A stretch of 64,000 nucleotides of DNA, taken from an uncultured virus (IMG/VR IMGVR_UViG_3300037466_002758). Lineage: Duplodnaviria > Heunggongvirae > Uroviricota > Caudoviricetes. Positions 39,019 to 49,216 of the stretch are shown here, in pieces. The stretch's first letter is position 1; every line of letters starts with the position of its first letter. The position numbers and the translations under genes were made by a program. The DNA lies in the IMG/VR virus record IMGVR_UViG_3300037466_002758. One strand, given 5' to 3'. The notes below the pieces were generated by a model. That model made no database searches. It was given only the letters and a program-made list of their open reading frames with translations, and had not been told where the DNA came from.

Positions 39019-39624
39019 ATGTTCAAGCTCGAAACCGCCGACAGCATCAAGAAGCAAATCGTGGGGATCGGACGTGCCGGCGTCCGGCTGGTGGCCGCCA
39101 TCCAGGTTGCCGCCGTGCAGGTCATCGGTCACGCCGTGAAGCACGGAGACATCACGCTCGCCCAGTCGCTCTGCGAGAACGTGCCCAAGCACCACAAAGC
39201 CGTCCTCGTCGCGTTCCTGGAGAAGTTCGGCCCGTTCAAGTTCGACGCCGACAAGAAGGCTCTGGTCTTCTACCGCGACAACTCGGAGCTCAAGCTGGCC
39301 AGCATCAACGTGCCCGGCGGCGAGCTCACGCAGGAGTACGTGGACAAGCTCCCGAAGTGGGAGAGCGCGAAGAAGCCGCAAGAGGTGAAGTCGATGTACG
39401 ACGTGGAGGCCGAAGCCAGCCGCTTCCTCGAGCGCATGCGCAAGCAAACGTCCTCGGGCGTCGAGGTGAAGCACCGCAAGCTTCTCGACGTGCTCATGGT
39501 GGCGTACAACCGCTACGTTGCCGCGCTCAGCATCGACGAGACGAACATCTCCCCCGAGATGGACGCGGGCACGCCGGAGGGTCAAGCCGAGCTTACCAAG
39601 CTGGCCGATCTCAAAGCCGCCTAA
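39019..39624 (+). CDS. early hypothetical protein
   Basis: 201 aa; strongly host-like codons; AAGGA RBS. Confidence 0.8.
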   Translation: MFKLETADSIKKQIVGIGRAGVRLVAAIQVAAVQVIGHAVKHGDITLAQSLCENVPKHHKAVLVAFLEKFGPFKFDADKKALVFYRDNSELKLASINVPGGELTQEYVDKLPKWESAKKPQEVKSMYDVEAEASRFLERMRKQTSSGVEVKHRKLLDVLMVAYNRYVAALSIDETNISPEMDAGTPEGQAELTKLADLKAA

Positions 39625-39704
39625 TACCGCAACAAGCCACACACACTCAACTCACTTACCACTGAGTGCCTCGGCCGCCTAAGAAAAATAACCAAGGAGG
39701 TGCG

Positions 39705-39878
39705 ATGGGCAAGCGCAACAGAAAGAACCCGACACCGGGTTCGATGGATGAGCTCGCCGAGCGTGTGATCTTCAAGGGCAAATCCCGGGACAAGCTCCAG
39801 GGGTTTTACAGAACCCCCGGCAAGCGCCGCGTGTTTGTGCCGCTAGGCACCAGGACGCGTTTCTTCAGGCCGGCGTAA
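39705..39878 (+). CDS. small basic protein
   Basis: AAGGAGG RBS; ATG at 39705. Confidence 0.6.
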   Translation: MGKRNRKNPTPGSMDELAERVIFKGKSRDKLQGFYRTPGKRRVFVPLGTRTRFFRPA

Positions 39879-39879
39879 T

Positions 39880-40405
39880 TAAATGTGCGAGACACTTGCT
39901 TATATCTGTCGAAAAAAACTAGATATATAGATACTGATAAGTAGCCGCTAGATACCGGCGGGGCGGAAAAACCCTTTGGAACCAACCTCTTACTACTACT
40001 ACTACTACTTATATTTATATATATTTGTATATCTTGCAATTAGCGGTCATTTTGGATGCCAGAATATTTGCGTTTATTAGATATTTAGATATTTAGTAAC
40101 TATATATCTAGATATTTGATATCTAAATATCTAATAACCCATAGAATCACGCTCGTCCTCCGGGATTTTTTCGCTAAATCGCTAATTACTGCTAAATCAA
40201 AGAGTTACCTAATTAGATATTTAGTGACTATATACAAGTAGCTCCAAACACCGACAGATACAAATCCAGAAAAATTAGATATAAGATATCTTGTGGGTAT
40301 GTGTTGACAACAATTCTGCACCTGCTAACATGTATCTAGTTACTAAATATCTAAATATCTAGTAACTAAATATCTAAATATCTAGTAACTAAATATCTAA
40401 TATCT
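39880..40405. repeat. AT-rich iteron region, probable replication origin or operator
   Basis: Many TAAATATCTA/TAGATATTTA units; 19-bp perfect inverted repeat (40074-40092 and 40119-40137); 23-bp tandem repeats (40342-40387); (TAC)6 at 39991-40008; IHF consensus at 40195-40207. Confidence 0.75.
40304..40331 (+). promoter_or_regulatory. sigma70-like promoter
   Basis: TTGACA (40304-40309) and extended -10 TGcTAACAT, which overlaps a GCTAAC box. Confidence 0.6.
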
Positions 40406-40406
40406 C

Positions 40407-40769
40407 ATGGCCAAGAATTTCCGCATGCTCATCACCATGCACCCGGACCTCCAGCACGCACTCCGCGCGCGGGGATTGCAGGTTGGGCAGACGCCCAGCC
40501 TCATTATTACGCTCCTCGTGCTCGATTTTCTCAAGGCGGATTTGCCGCAGCCGGTTGCGACGCGCATCAGGCGATGGGCGGAACTCACCAGGCCCGGCAG
40601 GCCCACGGCGCCATACAACCTGCCGCAACCGCTCAATACCGAGATCGACATGAGCGATATCGCTTGGGACATGGCCAGGGACCAGACCGGCCAGCTCCAG
40701 CCCGCCGAGGCAACGGTCATCCGGGCAGCAGACGAAGTGAATATAGACGACCTGAAGCTAGAAGACTAA
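40407..40769 (+). CDS. putative RHH-like DNA-binding protein
   Basis: FRMLITMHPDLQHAL...TPSLII pattern (beta-strand then two helices); starts right after the iterons. Confidence 0.5.
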   Translation: MAKNFRMLITMHPDLQHALRARGLQVGQTPSLIITLLVLDFLKADLPQPVATRIRRWAELTRPGRPTAPYNLPQPLNTEIDMSDIAWDMARDQTGQLQPAEATVIRAADEVNIDDLKLED

Positions 40770-40938
40770 CCACTCACTCAACTTACTCACTAAAGGAGCC
40801 ATTCATGCCCAGCTTGAATCCGAGCACCTACAGCGTGAACGAGATGGCGCTCTCTATGTATATATCCGTATGGATCGGTCTGGCTCTGTGCGGCAAGCTG
40901 GTCGTGGGTGAAGCGCTCTTCGGCTACGAGTTTCCGGA

Positions 40939-41827
40939 ATGACAGCGCAACTGCGGGGCATCTCCCACGTCCAGTTCGAATTCGAGACCCACGTCCATGC
41001 GCGCATGGACGAGCCCGCTGAGAAGGTCTGCGCCGTCATCGAGAGGTACGCCGTGAGTTTGTTGAGCGATAACCCTGCATCGCGAGCCCATGCACGGGAC
41101 TGGCTACCTGTCTGGACCGAGGTCCAGAAGCGGCAACGGGGGCTTGAATGAACGATCATGCTGATTATTACGCACGGATCTATTCACGCGAGAAGCTCGA
41201 GACAACGATCGCCTCGGTCACGACATGGGTGTTTCACGATCCGCGCCACAGACATACGCTGGAGTTCTGGGTCCGCGTGCTGGAGCTGCATAAATCCAAA
41301 CTGGATAAGCAAGGATGAACAAACTAGATCTCATTATCGTGTCGATCGTCATCGTGGCCATCGTCGTGGCGGTTACCTGCGCATACGCGGCGATTTCCCT
41401 GGCGGCCCAGCTGTGAACGTCGTGAATCTAGTGTCGCTCGGATCTTTCAAGGATACGGATCCCGACCGATTCGAGCAGCATGTGCTGAGCTACATGACGT
41501 GGTACCCCGGCGATGCGCTAGAAGCCTGTATCGCTGAGCGCACGGCCCACATATTGCTCGGTGGTACTGGAAGTGACTGGGTGCTCGAGGTCGCGACTGA
41601 AGCACTGCGGAGGAAACGTGAGCACCACCGTCGATAGCAGGTTCAAGCCTAACTTCGAGCAGTGGGTGCAAGAGCGCATGCACCACAGCATGGCCCAGCT
41701 CGAAGAGAGGCTCACCTTATATATGGAAGACCGGCTCACAGGCACTACGTTTGGGCTCGAGCACATCGGTTTCCTCTGCACGGTGTACGCGGAGTGCCTC
41801 AGGAGAAAGGGCGAGACAGATGATTGA
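40939..41827 (+). CDS. cluster of small paralogues, family 1 (40939-41151, 41148-41318, 41413-41637, 41618-41827), plus a TM peptide at 41315-41416
   Basis: Shared FE-x-[HW]-V...M and V-x-x-E-x-x-[RK]-R motifs in three members; overlapping start/stop codons. Confidence 0.6.
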
Positions 41828-42066
41828 TACAGACAAGATGCTGGATGCACTCGAGGACTGGGGGTTTTCCGTCGGCGACATTGAGGCCGGGCAGTATCTG
41901 CGTATGCTAGCGGCTCGTGAAGTTCGTCGCAGGAAACAGCGCCGGCTGAATCAGTTGTTGCTGGTGCTGGTGTTTGTCCTCGGTTTCGCGATCACGTTAG
42001 TAGTTCTGAACCTCAAGTAGTTTCGCAGGCAGTTCCCCGCCAACTCATTTACTCATGGAGCGCTCA

Positions 42067-42429
42067 ATGGGCAAACAAGCCAGCAAGCAGCAGGGCAAGG
42101 GCAAGAAGCAGACGCAGAACCCCACGCCGGTCTTCAAGATCGACAAGCGCGCTCGCACGCTGGCGAACAAGCAGCGGCGCATCCTCAAGGACGCGCACAT
42201 CAAGAGCGCGGCCACGCACAAGAAGTTGGTCGCGCACAGCTATCACGACGCCAACACGTACACGCTGGACAGCTTGGCAACGATGGCGTTCACCACGATC
42301 GCCGCGCGCAAGAAATCCAACAAGCAGCGCCGCGAGCAGAAGTTCGTCGAGCACGTGAAGTTCATGAAGGACCTGGCTGCGAGCATGTTCTCGATCGAGG
42401 CTCGTGCGCATCTCAAGGAGGCTGCGTGA
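42067..42429 (+). CDS. basic hypothetical protein
   Basis: GGAG RBS; host-like codons. Confidence 0.7.
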   Translation: MGKQASKQQGKGKKQTQNPTPVFKIDKRARTLANKQRRILKDAHIKSAATHKKLVAHSYHDANTYTLDSLATMAFTTIAARKKSNKQRREQKFVEHVKFMKDLAASMFSIEARAHLKEAA

Positions 42430-42656
42430 CTCTTGTTCTGGCGCTGCTCGCCATCTACCTGAGCGTCGCGGTGATCTGCCTGCTCGGGCTGAACCGGCGC
42501 GTCAACTGGTTCGTGTACTTCGCCGGGCAGGTGATGTGGGTCTACGAGACCGCGCACTTCGGCTGGAACTGGTCGGCCAAGAGCGACGCGGAATTCCTCG
42601 CGGACCTGATCTGCATGGCGGTAATCGCGATGTCGTTCATGAAGGAGGCGGCGTGA
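42426..42656 (+). CDS. small membrane protein
   Basis: Two to three hydrophobic segments; translationally coupled. Confidence 0.6.
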   Translation: MTLVLALLAIYLSVAVICLLGLNRRVNWFVYFAGQVMWVYETAHFGWNWSAKSDAEFLADLICMAVIAMSFMKEAA

Positions 42657-42914
42657 TGAAGCGAAGCACCACAATCCGCATCGACTACCGGAAAGCGCTC
42701 GAGGCGCTGGCCGCAGCGCAGAGGGAGAAAGACCTCGCACTTGAGGAGCGTGATCTGGCACGGCGCACGACGGCAGCCATAACAGTTATGGCCACTCGCG
42801 AGCTCGACAGGATCTGGGCGACAGTGCGTGCGCTCGTCGCTGCGAACCCGCAGCTCAAGACCACGAAAGAGTTCACCGAGTTCGCAATAGCTATTGGTAA
42901 GTACCCGACAAGCA

Positions 42915-43298
42915 ATGAAGAGCGCCGATGAAATGAAGCTGGACGAACCTACGCTCACGGGCTCACAAATCACAGATCTTCTCGAGTTGTTCCTGCACGG
43001 TGGTAACGCGGGATGGTTCAGGCCGTATGTATACCCAGGGATGGGTTGGCGGGAACCCTGGGCCGATACAGGTGAGGGGTCAAACTCGTTCGAGGAGCCT
43101 GTGAGCCTGGGAAACCCTGCTGTGCGAGATCACTTGCTAACTTGTTATGCGTTGGGACTGGCAGTTGCGGGGGTCGAGTGCACCGAAGATGACCTCACGG
43201 CACACAAAGTTGCAATGCGGCTTTCGCCTGATGACAACACGAACCAACAAATGGTAACTTCGCCACGCCCAATAATCCTACCCAGGAGGATTCCATGA
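42915..43298 (+). CDS. hypothetical protein with VAMRL helix near its C-terminus
   Basis: In operon orientation; start uncertain (42915 or 42933). Confidence 0.55.
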   Translation: MKSADEMKLDEPTLTGSQITDLLELFLHGGNAGWFRPYVYPGMGWREPWADTGEGSNSFEEPVSLGNPAVRDHLLTCYALGLAVAGVECTEDDLTAHKVAMRLSPDDNTNQQMVTSPRPIILPRRIP

Positions 43299-43699
43299 AC
43301 AAACTGGTCATCGCCGTTGTACTTGCAGCTATCACGACGGCTGCACGCGCCGACTGCCATGCCGACGTCAAGATCGAAGACAAGCAGTTTTTCGACAAGG
43401 TCGTGGTGCAGTCCGTGGCGCAATCGACGTGGACCGGACCAGCTGCGAGCGAGCTTGCGTTCCTGGTGGTGACCAACCGGCGCGTCGCGTTCAACGGTAT
43501 CGGCTCCGTGATCCAGCCTGTGCCCATGAGCCCCGATGAGCTCGAGCTCTACGACGAGGTGATGCTCTCCGCGCTTGCGAAATCTTCGTACAACACGAGC
43601 GGGTTGGGGCAGCACTGGGCGAGCACGAGCGAAGAAGCACAATGGGCCGTGGGGATTGCATGGGACGCGATGTGGGCCCGCATGACGACCCGTTGCTGA
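43295..43699 (+). CDS. secreted/periplasmic protein
   Basis: AGGAGG RBS; signal peptide MNKLVIAVVLAAITTAARA; terminal Cys pair. Confidence 0.65.
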   Translation: MNKLVIAVVLAAITTAARADCHADVKIEDKQFFDKVVVQSVAQSTWTGPAASELAFLVVTNRRVAFNGIGSVIQPVPMSPDELELYDEVMLSALAKSSYNTSGLGQHWASTSEEAQWAVGIAWDAMWARMTTRC

Positions 43700-43932
43700 A
43701 AGAGTTTGGCTGCATGTGCAGGCGCTGCGGCTACTCCATAGTCGGAGATCATCGCGACTTCAAGTACGCGCACCTCGGTCCCGAGGTTCAAGGTCATAGA
43801 GCGCCTCGCCCGATACATTTTCCGGAGGGCACATGCGAGTACTTGGGCCACGAGCTCGGGGACAACTCGTACACCTTCTACACGTACGAGGAGGCTTTGG
43901 CATTGCTGGTCGCCGAGAGGATGCTGGAGTGA
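43693..43932 (+). CDS. small Cys/His protein ending FYTYEEALALLVAERMLE
   Basis: TTG start; CxCxxC; coupled to the next gene. Confidence 0.5.
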   Translation: MLKEFGCMCRRCGYSIVGDHRDFKYAHLGPEVQGHRAPRPIHFPEGTCEYLGHELGDNSYTFYTYEEALALLVAERMLE

Positions 43933-45195
43933 CAAAAGAGTTTCCCACCGTCTCGCTGCACCGAATAAGTGTAGAGGACTGCAATGTAATCTGTACAGAC
44001 TGCAGCGAGCTGCACGAGTTGCGCGCTAAGTATTACCTTCATCGCGAAGACGAACTGCGAGTGCATGTTGTGTTTTGCGCCATCGCCGATCACGAACAAA
44101 CATGTCCAACGTGTTGTACCAATCTCTGGTGGCTGCGCGTTGGCGGCAAGTTTCTATACCCATGATCCCACTTCGGCAGTATCTGACAGTCGAGCTCTTT
44201 CACGTGCTGATCGAGTGCCCAGGGATGCACAAGATATGGGTCCGGTGGAACGCCAACAACGAGCTTAGAGATGCCGGCGAGTTCTGGAGGTGCGCGGATG
44301 CTCATTTCGAGCAGTGTGACGCCTGCAAAGTGGCTGCAGTTGCCCATAAGCTGTCAACATGACTCGGGAGCGACCGGGGTGGTACGTAAGCCTCATGGTG
44401 AAGGACAACAACATCGATACGACTCATCCGTGCGGGAAGATGAAGCGGATGATCAAGAAGTGGAGAACTTCCTGGGACGCGGATGAAATGCGGCTCGAGG
44501 AAAAGATGATCGACCACGAGAGCACATGCGAGACGTGCAAAGTGCACCTGGTTACGTGGAAGCTAACGCGATGAGCAAACCTCTATCCTTCTTTCTGGAT
44601 TCGGATGCGGAGAAGGAACTCTTTAAGTGTTGCCAACGCAGGGCAGAGCTCGAGAAACTCTGGTGGAACACCCCCGTGTACTCTCGGAAAGAGCAACAGA
44701 CGATAAATAGTATCATCGAGCACGAGCGCGCTTGCGAGATATGTGCAACGTATCTCATGGCGTGGAAGCTAACGCGATGACACGCGAACGCCCCAAGTGG
44801 TGTGGGCTTGACCCTCACGAAGGGGGCGCTATCGAGGGACAGTGCCCAAAGTTGTTCGAGTACGTCGAGATGTGGTGGGACACCGACGGCAACTCCCCCG
44901 AAGAGCACGATATCGAGGAGAGAATGTTGAGGCACGAAGCCCAATGCGAAATCTGCACTGTCTTCTACGTTACAAGGCGGCTTAAATGAGGCAACGCCCT
45001 ACATGGTGCACCTTGATCGGTGACGAAGAGTGGGAGCTTAACGACATGTGTGAACGAATCCACGAGCTAGGCAAGCAGTGGATGGAGACTGACGACGGTT
45101 CGGACCTGGAAAAGAAACTGGAGCTCGAGATGCACGAGCACGCGAGAAGCTGCGAGGCGTGTATTACTTTCGACGTCCTGCTGCGACTAAGATGA
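43929..45195 (+). CDS. six tandem zinc-binding paralogues, family 2 (43929-44165, 44162-44362, 44359-44574, 44571-44780, 44777-44989, 44986-45195)
   Basis: Each has C-x9-[WY]-x17-19-H-x3-C-x2-C; all are joined by ATGA overlaps. Confidence 0.8.
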
Positions 45196-45428
45196 TCGAC
45201 TTTCTCATATTCATTTTCACGCGGCAGCGAGCCAGCTATCACGACGGCATCGCGTGCACGAGTGATGACCCACGAACAAGGCGAACACGTGTCCGGCAGA
45301 AGTGGGAAGCCCGGAAGCTGCGCCGGCAAATCTCCGAGCCTAGGGTACCGATCGGCGCCCAAGTTGATTACGACCCACGCCACTACCAGTTCAAACGGAG
45401 GATGGATTGAACTAGGCCGAAAAAGATG

Positions 45429-45457
45429 TTGACATGTAGCGAGCAGTAGACAACAAT
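45429..45457 (+). promoter_or_regulatory. sigma70-like promoter upstream of the AAA+ gene
   Basis: TTGACA (45429-45434), 17 bp, weak -10 AACAAT. Confidence 0.45.
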
Positions 45458-45493
45458 CCCTCACCACTTACTAACACACACGCAAAGGACATC

Positions 45494-46546
45494 ATGCGTT
45501 ACAGCGACATTTCGACTGCCGTCCAGACCCTCTTCGGCGAGACCAACCAGATCGTGCCCTTCACGATCGGCAAGCCTGGCGGCGGCAAGTCGTTCCTCAA
45601 CCGCGAGATCGCGAAGGCCCTTTTCGCGGCGCACGGCGAGGAGATGATCGAGTTCAACGCGGCCGACCCGCGCACCTGGGAAGTCGCCAACTATGTCGAG
45701 TTCAACGCGTCGCTGCGCGACCCGGTGGACATCATGGGTACGCCCAACAACGACGGCGCCGTGACCGACTGGAAGCCGCCGCGCGAGATCTACTGCTTGC
45801 GCAAGGGCACCAAGGGCATCAAGGTGTTCAACCTGGAAGAGGTCTCGGACGCGACTGTGGCGATGCAGAACGCGCTGTGCGGGGTTATCTACGACCGGCG
45901 CGCCGGTCAGATGCAGCTCTCCGAGAAGCTCTACATCCTGGCTTCCGGCAACCGCACCGAGGATAAGTCGGGTGCCAACCGGCTCACCAGCAAGTTCGCC
46001 AACCGCTGCGTCTTCTTCGACTTCCACGAGAACGTCGACGACTGGAGCCAGTGGGCGCTCGAGAGTGGTGTCGACCACAGGCTCGTGCAGTTCATCCGCT
46101 TCCGGCCTAACCTTCTCTCGGACTTCGACCCGAATCGGCGAGCGAATCCGACGCCGAGGACCTGGGCCTGGGTGAGCAAGATCCCGCCCAAGCTGCCCAC
46201 GGAGATTTACTTCGGCACGATCGCGGGGCTCGTGGGTGACGGTGCTGCCGCCGAGTACACCGGCTACCTCAAGGTGTACATGGACCTCCCGGATATCGAG
46301 GAGATCATCATGAAGCCGGCGACTACGAAGGTCCCGAAAGATCCGGCCACGCTCTACGCGCTGACGGGTGCCGTGGCGCACAAGCTGAGCAAGGACAACA
46401 TCGACCGCGTGATGGAGTACGTCGAGCGCATGCCCGCCGAGTTCCAGGTGATGTGCATGAAGGACGCGCTGCAGCTGAAGCCCGAGATCAAGGGCACGAA
46501 GGGCTTCGTCAAGTTCGCGGTGAAGAACAGCAACCTGATGATCTGA
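45494..46546 (+). CDS. MoxR/AAA_5-type AAA+ ATPase
   Basis: Walker A GKPGGGKS; Walker B variant VFNLEE; sensor ASGNR; arginine finger FANR; PTPRTW. Confidence 0.88.
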   Translation: MRYSDISTAVQTLFGETNQIVPFTIGKPGGGKSFLNREIAKALFAAHGEEMIEFNAADPRTWEVANYVEFNASLRDPVDIMGTPNNDGAVTDWKPPREIYCLRKGTKGIKVFNLEEVSDATVAMQNALCGVIYDRRAGQMQLSEKLYILASGNRTEDKSGANRLTSKFANRCVFFDFHENVDDWSQWALESGVDHRLVQFIRFRPNLLSDFDPNRRANPTPRTWAWVSKIPPKLPTEIYFGTIAGLVGDGAAAEYTGYLKVYMDLPDIEEIIMKPATTKVPKDPATLYALTGAVAHKLSKDNIDRVMEYVERMPAEFQVMCMKDALQLKPEIKGTKGFVKFAVKNSNLMI

Positions 46547-46560
46547 GGAGCCAGGCGGCT

Positions 46561-47252
46561 GTGGCGGCTGGGTTGGTTTGGCGGAAAGAGGACGTTCACC
46601 ACGCTGTGCACGGGGCTTTCTCTCAACGCGCCGGCGGTTTGGTGGGCGTAGCCAGGTTTAACCGTCAGTGGTTGGTCCTTGACCCCGGCATGCTCAGCTG
46701 GTGGTACGCGGTGCAGAACCCCGAGAAGCTCGCTCGACTAAAAGGTCATCGCCGTTATCCAACCAAGGAAGCTGCCATGGCTGCCTGCACGCTGATCTAT
46801 GCGTGATGAATGGCTGGTTGCCACGAGCGGATCCGCGTGGTGGCACAAAAAAGATCAAACTCTTAAACGTGGATGGAAGCAAGTCCCCGGCGTGTGGCCG
46901 GTTGGCAGCGCGTGGGCCGTCGTGGCTCCGAGCAAGGATAACTCCAGCGAAAATGAGTCATTCCCCGAGCTGGGCGAGGAGAGATACCCCACTCGAGAGG
47001 CTGCGATGTTTGCATGCGAGTTGATTTATGGCTAAGCGTTGGGAAGACGTACCACAGCTAAATGGGGTGGATAGGTGTTACCTGCACGGAGAAGATCGGT
47101 TCTACATAAATGGATATACCGGTGGTGTCGTGCGGTCCGGCGACGTGTGGAAGATTATCCCTCCGGGCGTACCCGCTCATAGAGCTAAAGAGACTGGTGA
47201 GTTTCCCTCGAAGGAAGCAGCGATGTTTGCATACGAGCTGATCTATGGCTAA
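46561..47252 (+). CDS. three tandem paralogues, family 3 (46561-46806, 46799-47035, 47028-47252)
   Basis: C-termini YPTKEAAMAACTLIYA, YPTREAAMFACELIYG and FPSKEAAMFAYELIYG. Confidence 0.8.
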
Positions 47253-47284
47253 CGGATGCTGGACCCAACCTAAAGGAGATGACG

Positions 47285-47632
47285 ATGGCGGCAGTTCTGC
47301 AACAACATGGTGACAAACGCAGTGTCGCGACCGACGCGACGGATTCCCTCGGGACAATCCACACCAAGCCCGAGCATCGCGATGCGATCCATCTCGCGGT
47401 CGAGCCAGTCGAGGCCGGCGAGACGCTGCAACCGGGTGAGGAGATCAACATTGATAACGGCATCGCTGTGCGCGCGGAGCGCGGCTTCGGTCTCGGCATC
47501 GTGGATCCGTTCTTGCAGGTCCCATTCGTGGTGAAGGGTCAACGCTTCTGGTTCATCATGAAGCCTCGCCAGGTACACAGTCTGCGCCACGTCTGGACCC
47601 ACCCCGCGTTCCCGGAGGTCGACGTCGCGTGA
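47285..47632 (+). CDS. hypothetical protein
   Basis: RDAIHLAV...GIVDPFL...SLRHVWTHPAF; AAGGAG RBS. Confidence 0.7.
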   Translation: MAAVLQQHGDKRSVATDATDSLGTIHTKPEHRDAIHLAVEPVEAGETLQPGEEINIDNGIAVRAERGFGLGIVDPFLQVPFVVKGQRFWFIMKPRQVHSLRHVWTHPAFPEVDVA

Positions 47633-48045
47633 CGAGGCAACCCAAGTCGAGCGCGCTCGTGCGGTTCATCGACCACAAGACGAACTACAAGTGCGACACG
47701 TACGACATGACCTACGACGAGATACGCGCCAAGGCGCGGGAGCTCGGCTGGAAAGACCCCGAACCCCAGCCCCAGACTGAGGAAGAGATCGCCGAGGATG
47801 TCGCTGATCGCCTGCGTGGCGGACCGAAGCGCAAGATCCGCGAGTGGGCGGAGAGCATCGGCCTCTCGTACGAGGAAGTCATCCAGGGTGCGCACGGCTT
47901 CCTGGATCATGACGATTACATCAGCGAGGGTGGCCGGTTCGAGGGGGTAAGCCTACCGACGGACTTCTGGGATTGGTTCGAGCTCGCCACGGGGCGTCCG
48001 GTGCTGGCCAACGAGCGCGGTCACTTCTTCAGCTGTTCGTGCTGA
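47629..48045 (+). CDS. hypothetical protein ending FFSCSC
   Basis: Coupled to the upstream gene; host-like codons. Confidence 0.7.
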   Translation: MTRQPKSSALVRFIDHKTNYKCDTYDMTYDEIRAKARELGWKDPEPQPQTEEEIAEDVADRLRGGPKRKIREWAESIGLSYEEVIQGAHGFLDHDDYISEGGRFEGVSLPTDFWDWFELATGRPVLANERGHFFSCSC

Positions 48046-48046
48046 C

Positions 48047-48319
48047 ATGAAATATAGACAACCGCCCAAGTGTGTACCGAGTGGCTGGGCCGTCGAATAT
48101 GGCTACGAAGATCACCCCGATCTGGTCGAGCTGTGGTGGGAGGGTGCGCCGGATTCCTACCAGGAAGTTCCCGGTGTGATCAGCCCGGAGCCGCGTAAGT
48201 GGTATGTCGTACCCCCGCAAGATCGCTATGTTAGCGGTCACGGAATGGTGGATTCTGAGTGGGCGGAGTTCCCTACGTGGAAGGCCGCAGTGATGGCGAT
48301 TAAACTCATTTACTCCTGA
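48047..48319 (+). CDS. family 3 paralogue
   Basis: PGV...WYVVPP...FPTWKAAVMAIKLIYS. Confidence 0.75.
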   Translation: MKYRQPPKCVPSGWAVEYGYEDHPDLVELWWEGAPDSYQEVPGVISPEPRKWYVVPPQDRYVSGHGMVDSEWAEFPTWKAAVMAIKLIYS

Positions 48320-48325
48320 GGATTC

Positions 48326-49216
48326 ATGAATCTCCCACAACTGAACGAGAAGGCCATGAAGGTGAAGCTCACCATGAGAAGGGCGAATCTCACCCGCCGT
48401 GACGAGCAGGCCGAGATATACGTGCAGCAACAGCTCGACGATCAGTCGCTCGTCGTGAATTCGAAACTCTTCCGCGACAAGACGAATCCGATCAACCAGA
48501 TCATGACGGCGGTCTCGGAGGTGTACAGCTATCATAAAGCGCACACGATCCCGTTCGTGGACAAGGGTCCGAGGCTTCTGCCCAACGAGATGTACTTCGA
48601 GTACACCGCCGCGATGCGTGAGCGGATCCAGCGCGTGGATGATCTCCTGGCCACGCACATGCCGATGTATGACCTCTACGTGAACCAGGACATCGCGTGG
48701 AGGTGCGAACAGGCGCGTCTCGGCAACAAGCAGGCCCGCGCGTCCGTTAGCGACTACCCAACGGCGGAAGAGTTCAGGAGCCGTATGGGGTTCGAGCTCA
48801 GGTTCGAACCTCTCCCGGACAAGTCACACTTCCTCTTCGACATCAACGAGGAAGATATGGCGGCGTTCGAGCATTCCATCCAGGAGCAGGCTGCGATTGC
48901 TCACAACCACCGCATCGTGCAGATGCTCGAGCCGCTCAAGCACCTGGCCGAGAAACTTGAGAAGCCCATCGGTACCGAGGGAAGCATCTTCCGCGATAGT
49001 GCGATCAAGAACATCAAGGAAGGCATCGCGAAGGCGAAGAAGCTCACCGTTGTGCCCACGCCCGAGCTGGAAGAGCTGATCCTCGAGCTCGAGCGTACGA
49101 TCGAGACGTGGAGCGCCACCAAGGAGTGGCTGCGCGAAAGCCCCATCAATCGCGAAGCGGCAGCCAAGCAGCTCGGCCAGCTCGCCCAGAAGATGGGCTC
49201 GTTCATGGTGCAGTGA
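48326..49216 (+). CDS. DUF3150-like protein
   Basis: 296 aa; HTIPFVDKGPRLLP, DYPTAEEF, IFRDS; typical neighbour of AAA/VWA pairs. Confidence 0.6.
   Translation: MNLPQLNEKAMKVKLTMRRANLTRRDEQAEIYVQQQLDDQSLVVNSKLFRDKTNPINQIMTAVSEVYSYHKAHTIPFVDKGPRLLPNEMYFEYTAAMRERIQRVDDLLATHMPMYDLYVNQDIAWRCEQARLGNKQARASVSDYPTAEEFRSRMGFELRFEPLPDKSHFLFDINEEDMAAFEHSIQEQAAIAHNHRIVQMLEPLKHLAEKLEKPIGTEGSIFRDSAIKNIKEGIAKAKKLTVVPTPELEELILELERTIETWSATKEWLRESPINREAAAKQLGQLAQKMGSFMVQ

Noticed and set aside
39880..40405. CRISPR array
   Set aside because: The repeats are adjacent 8-23 bp units without unique spacers, and there is no cas operon. The Cas4-like nuclease sits in the replication module.
39019..42656. ssrA-like degrons (C-terminal KAA or EAA)
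   Set aside because: The EAA endings are explained by an overlapping AAGGAGGC RBS for the next gene. The single LKAA ending is insufficient evidence.
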